Below are positions 14,116 to 23,220 of a stretch of 64,000 nt of DNA, one piece after another (within the stretch, counting starts at the first letter, position 1; every line of letters starts with the position of its first letter). A program made the position numbers and the translations under genes. Source of the stretch: Verrucomicrobiota bacterium (GTDB lineage Bacteria; Verrucomicrobiota; Verrucomicrobiia; Opitutales; Coraliomargaritaceae); assembly GCA_039815375.1 (NCBI GenBank), contig JBCBZJ010000010.1:39588-103587 (forward strand), written 5' to 3'. The notes under the pieces were generated by a model. That model was not told where the DNA came from and did no database searches. It worked only from the letters and a program-made list of their open reading frames with translations.

Positions 14116-15339
14116 TTAGTCAGGTAATTTGGATATGATAACCGCATGCGGTTCGCCCTCTGAAAATTCGGAAATGAGAATAGGAATGCAAATCTGTCGA
14201 TTGGCTCCAAAAGAGGTTTCTCCTGTCAAGGTGAAGGTTCGCTCATCCTTAAAAAATGGGTCCTCAAATTCTGCTTCATCAAAAATCTGATAGAATTCCG
14301 AAGTCTGTTCAAGTGCCGCAAGACCAACCTTCTGAACACTCTGAAAAATCAGTTCCAGAGCATAGAACTTGGTATCAACTTCATCGCTCCAGTATCCGGT
14401 CATTTCTAGATAACGACGCCTTAAATCCAAATAGTAATCGCTTCGTTGATCAAGCGGCAAGGTCCCACCAACAAAATAGAGGCGATTGGCGTCAGGTCCG
14501 ATTTTTTGCAGCATATCGATATCCTGCGCATTCTGCGTCGCGATAATACCCTCAAAGCCGGTCTCTCGGAGCTGGATAACAATACTGCTGAATTCACTGG
14601 GTGGAAAACCGACCAAAAGAAGCGCTTCCGGAGAAGCAGCTGTAATCAGCGCAGCTCTCTCAGCGAGCTGTTCTCTTGTTTTATTTGGAGGCAAAGTCTC
14701 TTCACTCACATCAAATTTACTGAAACGTTGAACTTCTATACCAACTGATTCAGCGAGGCTTTGCGCGATACCTTTTTGATAAATTGCTTCTTCGACGTCA
14801 CGTGCGAGTATCGCAAGAGTCTGAACGGATTTTTCGGAAGCCAGATAGTCAAAAAGAACAGGCATGGATTGCTCTGCTATCGGCATGCCAAGGATTCCGA
14901 GACTACTTGAGCTTATGACCTCAGGCTGAAACCCGTAGTGGATAAAGAGAATGCCAGCCGCATCGAGAACAGGAGCAGCCGCCACAATTGCGTCATCTCC
15001 GAGCGGCCCAATCACGTAACGCAAATTGTCTTCTGCAAGAAGATATGCTGCCTCAACCGCCCGACCCGGCTCCAGTGCATCATCTTTAATCACAAATTCG
15101 ATGGGGACTTTTTGCCCATCGATCAGAATCCCTCCCCGCTCGTTATGATAGGCTGCCATAGCTCGTGCGCAGCTTAAGGTGGCTTCGCCCCATGATTGGC
15201 CCGGACCACTGAGCGACGCGATAATACCGACTCTGAGAACAGGCTTCTCGCCGATCATTTCCTTTCCGCAGCCAACCAGCCCGACCAAATAGCCGATGGC
15301 TATAATGACGGCAAGAGTCAGCTGCAGGACCGTTTTCAT
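14116..15339 (-). CDS. LivK-like (type I) periplasmic substrate-binding lipoprotein
   Basis: Lipobox [28 protein letters not shown] motifs. Confidence 0.82.
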   Translation of the reverse strand: MKTVLQLTLAVIIAIGYLVGLVGCGKEMIGEKPVLRVGIIASLSGPGQSWGEATLSCARAMAAYHNERGGILIDGQKVPIEFVIKDDALEPGRAVEAAYLLAEDNLRYVIGPLGDDAIVAAAPVLDAAGILFIHYGFQPEVISSSSLGILGMPIAEQSMPVLFDYLASEKSVQTLAILARDVEEAIYQKGIAQSLAESVGIEVQRFSKFDVSEETLPPNKTREQLAERAALITAASPEALLLVGFPPSEFSSIVIQLRETGFEGIIATQNAQDIDMLQKIGPDANRLYFVGGTLPLDQRSDYYLDLRRRYLEMTGYWSDEVDTKFYALELIFQSVQKVGLAALEQTSEFYQIFDEAEFEDPFFKDERTFTLTGETSFGANRQICIPILISEFSEGEPHAVIISKLPD

Positions 15340-17666
15340 TCTTGCGGGTAGAATAGAATTCTATCGTGAACAAGCAGTGTTAAATCCAACTTCCCATCGC
15401 CCGTAAACTCCTCAATTATAATCTGTCTAGGCTCGAGCTTCGCACCAGTGCGCCCTCGGTAGTGCATGTTTTGCTCAAAGACCTGCCAAAACATCCGACT
15501 ACTCCACCCTTCCTCGCCATGCGACAGGATGTCGACCACATGCTGGCTTCCATCGACAACAGCTAGCTCGAGCTTTCCATCACCGTCGAAATCTTCACCC
15601 ACAACATGGCTATAATGAATGTCTTCCAAGTCTGTCTCATAGGTTTGCCGGACAATCCATGAGCGCACCTTATCACGGCCACTGAAAAACCAGAAGCGGT
15701 CCTCGCCTGCAAAGATATAAGCTGGCTCGATTTTTTCGTTTCGTCCCGGAATCACCCTCCAATCAATCAAGTCGATTTGGCCAACATCAATCGCTTTTTC
15801 GTAGCGAAAGACACCGTCTTCATTACGTTTCAAGAACTGCATCTCACCATCTTCTCCAACATAGAGTGTGACGCCGGTTAAGTTCGGCCCCTCGCTCATG
15901 GGAATGACTGCATGAACAACATCTTTGCCTCGGCGCGCATTGAACTGATCCACCATTTCAAGCTGTCCGTCGGAAAACCTAAAAGCTCTGGCGAAACCCT
16001 GCAATGCCGCGACAAGCTCATTAGTCTGATCGGCATCAACGTCAAAAATCGATATCTGCGCTGGCTCAACACCTTTCAAGAGGCTCTCCCGTATACTGGA
16101 CTTGTTTGCAACAGAAATGAGATCAAAGCCATTATCAGAGTCAGGAGCATACAAAACCGGTGCCTCCCTTGGAATAAAGAGCATAAGACCGGGTCTGGTT
16201 CCGCCAAAAATATCGACGACCTTGAGTGCCCCGGGCTTCCGCCGGACGCCATCGATTGGAGTTTCAAAAAGCAAATCCCATGATGATAAAGGATCTTCTC
16301 GAACAGATGGAGCCGCTAGAATGAGCTGATAACCACCTTTTTCGTTTTCATAGACCAAGACGAGCTCGTCGAGTCCATCACCATCCATATCATATGCTTG
16401 AGAACAAATTGGACTTCCGGCAACGACCTTCAGCTGCTTCGGAAATGATAAACGCCCGCTTCCATCAAGCCGACTTAGACCGATCGTCTTTTCTTCCTCA
16501 CTGATGACAATCAATGCCTCCTCAGCACCTTCAAAAAAACGACCCATACTAAGAGACGAAATGAGCGAGAAGGACGGGAAAGCATTCGAGAACTGATAGC
16601 GACCATCCTTCTTGGAAAAAAGTAAGAGCTCCGCTTCAGCAGGATTAGCGACAACCAAATCGACCTCATCATCACGATTGACATCGCCAAAGGCATAGCT
16701 CGCCGACTCGCGAACTTTTTGGAAGATGGGATAGATTTCAGGGGCACCTTGGAGAACCGCAGGCACGTTTCGATCCGCATCGGACTCCTCTAAGGATATA
16801 AACTCAAGCGTGCCACTTCTGGAATCGACGACCGTAAGCGTTCCTACCTCCTTGGCAGAATCAGGCAGTGGTTTAACAATTCGAGCCGGCCGTTCCATCA
16901 CATGTCGGCTTTCTGGCCCAAAAGCCCCACTCGGGAGTTGTTCTCTCATCGCAAGAACCTGTTTACCATCCGTGCTCAAATAGAGCAAATCAAGCAACCC
17001 GTCTCCGGTCGCATCCGTAATCACTAAATTGAATGGATTTTCTCCTGTGATATAGAGGACTTCAGGTTCGCCCAGGCCCTCCTCCCCGTCCTGCGAAAAA
17101 ATCCGAATTGCATCGGCTGACACAACCACCAACTCATCCAAGCCATCACCGTCCAAATCAGAAACATTCAAAGTATTGGTCCAACCAAGAGCTTCGAATC
17201 CATCAAACTCACGAACCTCAATCCAATCTCCGCCTTCCGCCTGGTAGCGAACCGTAAGTGGAGCTTCGCGCGCACTATACGCAATATCGACCAAACCATC
17301 TCCATTGAGGTCTCCGACACCTAAATCGAACATGGGAAAGCCAACCGTGATCGACTTGTTCTCGAAGCGAGCATCTTCCAGAACTGGGTCCCAGCGATTG
17401 CGGTTCACGGTTTTCTTGCTGCTTCCGGAATCTTCACCTTCTGGCAATTGATAGAGCAGTTCCACGCGTGCGGCATCGTTATTGATCAAGACAAGATCCC
17501 GTAAACCATCATTGTCGAGGTCCGTTGCAGAAAGCGCACGGGTCGACCAATCCATTTTGAAGACTTCAGGTTCACCAAAGCCGTAGGTCAAAGCGCTTTG
17601 GACCTCTTTGCCATTGAGCATAAGTGGCGCTGCGGCCAGAACAAATAATCGTAAACTCCGGATCAT
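15336..17666 (-). CDS. FG-GAP/VCBS repeat (beta-propeller) exported protein
   Basis: Repeated DxDGDGxxDL Ca-binding motifs; signal-like N-terminus. Confidence 0.85.
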   Translation of the reverse strand: MIRSLRLFVLAAAPLMLNGKEVQSALTYGFGEPEVFKMDWSTRALSATDLDNDGLRDLVLINNDAARVELLYQLPEGEDSGSSKKTVNRNRWDPVLEDARFENKSITVGFPMFDLGVGDLNGDGLVDIAYSAREAPLTVRYQAEGGDWIEVREFDGFEALGWTNTLNVSDLDGDGLDELVVVSADAIRIFSQDGEEGLGEPEVLYITGENPFNLVITDATGDGLLDLLYLSTDGKQVLAMREQLPSGAFGPESRHVMERPARIVKPLPDSAKEVGTLTVVDSRSGTLEFISLEESDADRNVPAVLQGAPEIYPIFQKVRESASYAFGDVNRDDEVDLVVANPAEAELLLFSKKDGRYQFSNAFPSFSLISSLSMGRFFEGAEEALIVISEEEKTIGLSRLDGSGRLSFPKQLKVVAGSPICSQAYDMDGDGLDELVLVYENEKGGYQLILAAPSVREDPLSSWDLLFETPIDGVRRKPGALKVVDIFGGTRPGLMLFIPREAPVLYAPDSDNGFDLISVANKSSIRESLLKGVEPAQISIFDVDADQTNELVAALQGFARAFRFSDGQLEMVDQFNARRGKDVVHAVIPMSEGPNLTGVTLYVGEDGEMQFLKRNEDGVFRYEKAIDVGQIDLIDWRVIPGRNEKIEPAYIFAGEDRFWFFSGRDKVRSWIVRQTYETDLEDIHYSHVVGEDFDGDGKLELAVVDGSQHVVDILSHGEEGWSSRMFWQVFEQNMHYRGRTGAKLEPRQIIIEEFTGDGKLDLTLLVHDRILFYPQE

Positions 17667-19441
17667 TGGGAAACCTCTTTCCTTAGCATAATGGACCGAG
17701 TGTAGAAACCATCCGGCGCCTCGCTTGTTTCTGTTATAAAATGCCAGTCCAATTGCAGATCGGACGGTATCTTGTTTGGATCAAAGGCAAGACCAGTCTG
17801 TGCATACCGGCTCGCATCAACCATCGACGAAAGCAGCGGAAGGATGATCGCTCCAAAGTCGTAGTAGGATCGGGCGACTGCATCGGGCCGTTCAATTCGC
17901 TCAAAAAGAGCCTCTATCTCAGGTAATTGCCAAAAACCCGAATCCTGGGTCTGCATCGCGGTTAACACCTGTTGAACTAATCCTACTCGCCCAATACTGA
18001 AAATGAAATGACCGCGCGTGACAACAAAGCTGACATCCATTACAGGTGCGTCGGGCACACTGGGGTCTTCTGCTCCCGGAATCGTGTGTATCGTTTCACC
18101 TTCATACTCCAAGGTCCTAATTTGCGCACGGGCTCCAGGCATCATGTCTTTCAAAATCTCTACAGCATCAGAAAGTGCCTGCGAATCCTTGATTGAAAAA
18201 ACGAATAACTGCTCGGGCTCGATCATGCTCGAAGCACTCTGAGAATCCCCAGGAAGGAGAGAGAGGGTAACCATCTCGGGGTCGAAGTTATCTAGAATTG
18301 CTGCGCGCATATCCAGACCGCTCTGATTCTTGAAATTCTGGAGATGAATGTCCAGAAGCGGCATCGCACCTGGACTTGCTGTTGATAAAATAAACTCGAG
18401 GCTATCGAGCATTGCGCCCGGGTCAAAACGCGTCACAGCACTGGAAAAGATTTTTTCCGGAACGTAGGGTGCCTTCGGCAATTCACCGTCCGCATAAGCC
18501 ATCAACTTCATGAGGCCCGCCTTTTCTCTGTAAACGACCGAATTGTAGAACATCAGCCCGTTATCGACTAGGTCGAATTCGAAGCTTAGAGCCTGCAGCT
18601 CCTCAAGCGCAAGTGCCGTGTTGAAGCCCTGTGCGCTTACACCGAACATGGCAAGGCTTTGAACGGCCTTTTGCTGGAGCGCTTGATTAAGTGGCGGCAT
18701 CAGGGATTCAAAATTAAGATAGATTGAAAAGTCCCCTCGTCCCGATTCTTCGCGCGCACGTTGATAAGCAGAATTTGAGGCAAGCGAATCATCACTGCCA
18801 ACCTTGATTGCCTCAACAATTGTGCGCATCCGGTCTTCCGGTGTCGCCAAAATGAAAACACCGTCGACGAGAGCATAACCGTCTTCCACATAAGTTTTCT
18901 CACCGTCGAAGGTCTCATCAAAGTAAAGCGTCTCGCCCATGAAAGTCTCTTCTATCATTTCGTGTTCAATGAGCGGGTTAAATTTCTCCTGGGCTTTGGC
19001 ATTCCGCTCAAACTGAACTTGCATAAGCTCGTTCAAGCGCTCTTCGCTGGAACTAAATTCGGCAAGAATCGCAATATCAGGATTGTCGTCCTGCTTCAAA
19101 ATGAGCTCGGGCATATTGTAGATCGCCAGCGAGAATTGGCCCGGCAACAGTTCAAACAGATCCTCCCAAGTCAGGCCAAAATCATTTTTCATGACATCTG
19201 TAAATCCCGGTTCGCCATCCGCCGAGGTAGATTTGATAATCGGCTCGAAGAAGGCCAAGAGCGAATCATCTGCAAGGATTTCTGCAATCGGGTGATCCTG
19301 CCAGGATTCCCGAATTTCGGAAATATCTCTGAGAGTCAAAACCATGTCTGCCTCAGTTTCAATCAATTCAGCAAACGGCGTCGCAGTGAGATTCAGCGTC
19401 AGGCTGAAAAATAGGAAAGAAGTAAATAGCGTTCTAGTCAT
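17663..19441 (-). CDS. Exported hypothetical protein (possibly DUF3352-like)
   Basis: 592-aa acidic ORF with signal peptide; overlaps the next gene by 4 nt. Confidence 0.65.
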   Translation of the reverse strand: MTRTLFTSFLFFSLTLNLTATPFAELIETEADMVLTLRDISEIRESWQDHPIAEILADDSLLAFFEPIIKSTSADGEPGFTDVMKNDFGLTWEDLFELLPGQFSLAIYNMPELILKQDDNPDIAILAEFSSSEERLNELMQVQFERNAKAQEKFNPLIEHEMIEETFMGETLYFDETFDGEKTYVEDGYALVDGVFILATPEDRMRTIVEAIKVGSDDSLASNSAYQRAREESGRGDFSIYLNFESLMPPLNQALQQKAVQSLAMFGVSAQGFNTALALEELQALSFEFDLVDNGLMFYNSVVYREKAGLMKLMAYADGELPKAPYVPEKIFSSAVTRFDPGAMLDSLEFILSTASPGAMPLLDIHLQNFKNQSGLDMRAAILDNFDPEMVTLSLLPGDSQSASSMIEPEQLFVFSIKDSQALSDAVEILKDMMPGARAQIRTLEYEGETIHTIPGAEDPSVPDAPVMDVSFVVTRGHFIFSIGRVGLVQQVLTAMQTQDSGFWQLPEIEALFERIERPDAVARSYYDFGAIILPLLSSMVDASRYAQTGLAFDPNKIPSDLQLDWHFITETSEAPDGFYTRSIMLRKEVSQ

Positions 19442-19470
19442 CAGGAAAATAGAAAGGTCAATGATTGAAG

Positions 19471-20397
19471 CTACTCTGAGCCGAGCTTCGGAGGGTTCAA
19501 ATATCGGAAACCTGCATTAGGATTGCGCGGGTCGAAAGCATAGGCTTCCAGATTGTCTAGAAACGACTTAAGTGTCCGGGAAGAGATTGAAAACCCGAGG
19601 CCCTCTGCTCCGACAGCTGCGATCTTCATATTGTTCACACCGACGACTTCACCTTTGAGATTGAAGAGAGGTCCGCCTGAGTTGCCCGGGTTGATTTGGG
19701 TCGTGGTTTGTAAATAGAGTCGACCGCTGATTACGCGATTTGCCACGCTGATGATCCCCTCCGATACGGTTCGGTCCAGACCCAACGGGCTACCAATCGC
19801 AAATACGGTCTGGCCTTCGCGCAAGCCCTCGTCGGCACCGGCAATCGAGACGATTTTCAGAGGCTCACCGACAGCTTCGTCGATCTTCAGCAAAGCCAAA
19901 TCGAGCTCCGCACTCGTCGCAACAATTCGCACATTGTCGTAATTATCTTTCCTTAACTCACGCTCGCCCTCTTTGAAAATAGTAACCGAGATACGATGCT
20001 CTCCGGCGATAACATGATTGTTCGTGACAATATATCCATCCTCGTTGATGACGAATCCGGAGCCCAGCCCGGTTGGTGTCTGGATCAAGGCAACTGCTTC
20101 GCCCAATTGGTCTACCCAATCACGGATCGAACGATCATCCCGCATTGTCGAGGTCTGATAGAGTGAATCGGGGCTTATCGAACTTTCTACGCCCGCGGAA
20201 TCCGCGCTGCGTATCGAAGCGATCAAATCCTTAGGCACCTCAACTACTTCAAAACCCAGGTCGAGGTAGTAACTATCTGCCCGCTCAATCACCACCTCAC
20301 CTCGAATTGCAGCACCATTCTTCAATTCGATCGATTGGAATCCGTGAAGGCCCGTGCAGATGCCTAAAACGAGGCAGAGAAATTTAAAATTCAGCAT
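19471..20397 (-). CDS. Trypsin-like (S1C/HtrA-type) serine protease without PDZ domain
   Basis: GSGF, TNNHVI, DLALLKI, INPGNSGGPL catalytic triad; signal peptide; ATG at 20397. Confidence 0.88.
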   Translation of the reverse strand: MLNFKFLCLVLGICTGLHGFQSIELKNGAAIRGEVVIERADSYYLDLGFEVVEVPKDLIASIRSADSAGVESSISPDSLYQTSTMRDDRSIRDWVDQLGEAVALIQTPTGLGSGFVINEDGYIVTNNHVIAGEHRISVTIFKEGERELRKDNYDNVRIVATSAELDLALLKIDEAVGEPLKIVSIAGADEGLREGQTVFAIGSPLGLDRTVSEGIISVANRVISGRLYLQTTTQINPGNSGGPLFNLKGEVVGVNNMKIAAVGAEGLGFSISSRTLKSFLDNLEAYAFDPRNPNAGFRYLNPPKLGSE

Positions 20398-20527
20398 GAA
20401 ACGGAAAGAAAACCAAAAAGCCCGATCAGGCCAACAAAAAGCCACATTTAGGCGCTACCGTCCAGAGGTAAGCAGCGAGATCAGAATCAAAGAGTTCTCA
20501 AGCCAGCGTCTCGCGCTTCACGAAAAA

Positions 20528-21262
20528 CTAGGACTGCGGCATTTCGAAGTAAAAACTAAGCACACCCGGGTTCACCAGAATCGAATCAATCCGGACAATA
20601 GAAACAGTTTCTCCCCCGATTCGATTTTCAATCTCGTGCGCAAAAGGATAGCCTTTTACATCCCTGTAGTCTCGATAAATGGTCTGGAACTCGGCAACGC
20701 CCTCTTCATTCAATTGATCTACTTGCAACACATGCGAGTTGCGAACATCAAGAAAGTAGCGGCTTAATACGCTTTCTGCTTCAGTAATTTCCAAAACATA
20801 ACTTTCGCGCCCACCAACCCATGAATGCCCACTCAGCGTAATTCTGTTCTCAGGCTTCTCTAGGTGGCGGCATAAAGGGCCTTCAAATCTCGCCTCACGC
20901 TTAATCGCTTTGAGCTGATCTCCGGAGAGCGATTCGACGAACGTTTCCTCACCGTTACTGGTCTGAAGCCAACCATCCTCGCCATTGTAGCCTGTTACGA
21001 AAGTCACTTCTCCTTTTTCTAATCGGTAGCGAATCGAAGAAGGCCTTTTTTTACGGACAAGGAAAGGATACTCTATCCCATCCTGAATCTGGACCCCTTG
21101 GAAGGTAACTGCGGTCAATTTGTTGGCCTCGCGTAAATCTCCATAAGTGTCCGTATAACGCTTTAGAATCTTTTGAATGATGAATGCATCACTACTGTCC
21201 TGGGCACAAAGCTGTATGCCGCAGAAAACAAAGAGACAGGCTGTCAGAAATAGACGAAACAC
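20528..21262 (-). CDS. Exported protein, outer-membrane lipoprotein-sorting (LolA-like fold) family
   Basis: Signal peptide; GYNGEDGW, YRDYRDVKGYPF and terminal FEMP patterns. Confidence 0.6.
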   Translation of the reverse strand: MFRLFLTACLFVFCGIQLCAQDSSDAFIIQKILKRYTDTYGDLREANKLTAVTFQGVQIQDGIEYPFLVRKKRPSSIRYRLEKGEVTFVTGYNGEDGWLQTSNGEETFVESLSGDQLKAIKREARFEGPLCRHLEKPENRITLSGHSWVGGRESYVLEITEAESVLSRYFLDVRNSHVLQVDQLNEEGVAEFQTIYRDYRDVKGYPFAHEIENRIGGETVSIVRIDSILVNPGVLSFYFEMPQS

Positions 21263-21352
21263 AAACTACACCAAAAAAGTAAGGGCGCTGACGCAAGCAA
21301 TTCCAAAGTGAATCTCAAAGAACTCTCAAGCCCACGAGCAGGCTCAAGCCCG

Positions 21353-22456
21353 TCATTCGACCTCTAGGATTAGCCCCTTAAGCAAATTGCTCTCAGGCAA
21401 ATGGAGCATAGAGGGAAAATCAAAGGGCTGCCCCGTGCGTGCAAAAACTCTTGCTTCACGACCAGCACATGCGGCTGCATCAGCCACCAAGCGCTCAAAG
21501 GACTGACCGGAGATTTTGTTGTCACGGCAGTATGTCGCAAGCAATCCACCAGACGCACAGGTAATCAGGGCTTTTCGGTGAAGCTCTTCAACAGACCCTC
21601 GATCCGCAAAAAAACATGACGGTGGATCCAGGATGATCCCATCCAGAGTGCCTGCATCACAGCCACTAATATATTTCAAGGCGTCGCTTGTCACAGTTTC
21701 AATCGGGCACCTGTTCTGCTGCGCATTTGCCCCAATTGCTTTGACGTAATTCTCCTCAACATCCAGCGCAACAACCCGCTCCGCCCCTGCGCGTGCCGCC
21801 TGAAGAGCAAAAGCTCCAGAGTGCGAAAATGCATCGAGAACGGTACGCCCCTCGCAGAGACTGCCCACCAATGCATGTTGTTCACGCTGATCCAAAAAGA
21901 ACGCGGGCTTATCTGTATTCAGCAAATCGATACGGTATTCGATATCATCGATCTCTATCCATCGCCCTCTGAGACCCTGTCCACTGGCAGTTCTCGGATC
22001 TTCGATTGAATCGATGACGATTTCGGTTACAGACAAATTGTCCCGGATAACTTCGGTGATTAAGTCAATATGTTGTCTTGTCGTATTTGTTTCCAGTGTC
22101 ACCCGGGCGACGTCATTAAACAAATCGACAATCAAACCAGGCAAATAATCCGCGTCCGAGCTGACGAGGCGCTGGCAGCTCTCTTCAGCCCTCTTATGCA
22201 TCGCCTCGACGATCGCAGAAGCAATGTATGCCTCGTCAAAAGCGATATCCTCGGCTAGTGAGTAGCGTCGCCACGCAGCAACAGGGTCTTGGCGGTCAAA
22301 AATTCCACAACCGAGAAAGTATCCCGTTGAATCAATCAAAGCGACAGATTCTCCGTCTGACAAGTCAGCCGAAATCTCTGCAAGTTGTTTCAGGTCAACC
22401 CAAGGGTGACCTCTGACACGACTGCAACGCTCAATCCGTATAATTCTCAGGGCCAT
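21353..22456 (-). CDS. RlmI-like SAM-dependent methyltransferase
   Basis: N-terminal GHPWV, FFLDQRE, VLDAFSHSGAF, ILDPP, C-terminal PESNLLKG. Confidence 0.8.
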   Translation of the reverse strand: MALRIIRIERCSRVRGHPWVDLKQLAEISADLSDGESVALIDSTGYFLGCGIFDRQDPVAAWRRYSLAEDIAFDEAYIASAIVEAMHKRAEESCQRLVSSDADYLPGLIVDLFNDVARVTLETNTTRQHIDLITEVIRDNLSVTEIVIDSIEDPRTASGQGLRGRWIEIDDIEYRIDLLNTDKPAFFLDQREQHALVGSLCEGRTVLDAFSHSGAFALQAARAGAERVVALDVEENYVKAIGANAQQNRCPIETVTSDALKYISGCDAGTLDGIILDPPSCFFADRGSVEELHRKALITCASGGLLATYCRDNKISGQSFERLVADAAACAGREARVFARTGQPFDFPSMLHLPESNLLKGLILEVE

Positions 22457-22466
22457 GGCCCCACAG

Positions 22467-23132
22467 TTAATCGTCGTCCGTAACTGTCCAGTTTAACCCG
22501 CCTTTGTTTTTAATAATACCCTTGTCCAGAGCAAATCGCACCAAACCGGCCTCATCGCTTATATTAAGCTTTTTCATTGCATTGTGTCTATGACGACGGA
22601 CCGTGAATGCGCTGATATCCAGGCGTTCTGCGATCTCATCCTTATCCTGACCCATTACCACTGCTCGTAAGACCTGAAATTCTCTGTCCGAGAGAATTTT
22701 ATAGTAGGCATCCGGATTCTCCCAAACCTCGAGAATCTTCTTTTGCACATTCGGCGAGTAATAGACGTGGCCGGCAGAGACTTCGTTGTAAGCCTCGAAA
22801 AGCACCTCGAGAGACATCTCACTCTTGTCCACGAAACCTAGCACACCACTGCACTGGATTTCGCGGACGGTATAATCATCACATTCACTGGACAAAGCCA
22901 GTATACGAATTTCAGGAACAGCCGAAAGCATTCGTTTGGCCAAGGCAAGACCGTCAAGCTTAGGCAACATTAGATCCAGAACGACAAAGTCAAACGGTTC
23001 GCCTGCAAAGGTTTTCCATGCTTGTTCGCCATCTCCAGCACCTTTTACGGCATCAAACTCAAACTCTCTCAGAGCGACACTCTCCAAAATTTCGCGAACA
23101 ATTTCTTCGTCTTCAACAATTAAAGCCTTCAT
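22467..23132 (-). CDS. LuxR/NarL-family response regulator (REC plus HTH)
   Basis: LIVEDE, VLDLMLPKLDG (phospho-Asp), LSDREFQVL...IAERLDISAFTVRRHRHNAMKKL. Confidence 0.92.
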   Translation of the reverse strand: MKALIVEDEEIVREILESVALREFEFDAVKGAGDGEQAWKTFAGEPFDFVVLDLMLPKLDGLALAKRMLSAVPEIRILALSSECDDYTVREIQCSGVLGFVDKSEMSLEVLFEAYNEVSAGHVYYSPNVQKKILEVWENPDAYYKILSDREFQVLRAVVMGQDKDEIAERLDISAFTVRRHRHNAMKKLNISDEAGLVRFALDKGIIKNKGGLNWTVTDDD

Positions 23133-23193
23133 TGAGCTTAAAAATTGATCACCAATTCACAAATCGCCAGAATTTTAATTGATTAAATTTCGT

Positions 23194-23209
23194 TAGTCCT
23201 AAAAGACTA
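23194..23209. promoter_or_regulatory. Palindromic operator TAGTC-CTAAAA-GACTA (site 1 of 3)
   Basis: Perfect 5-6-5 inverted repeat between the divergent response regulator and TonB receptor genes. Confidence 0.65.
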
Positions 23210-23220
23210 TCGTTCGGTTC

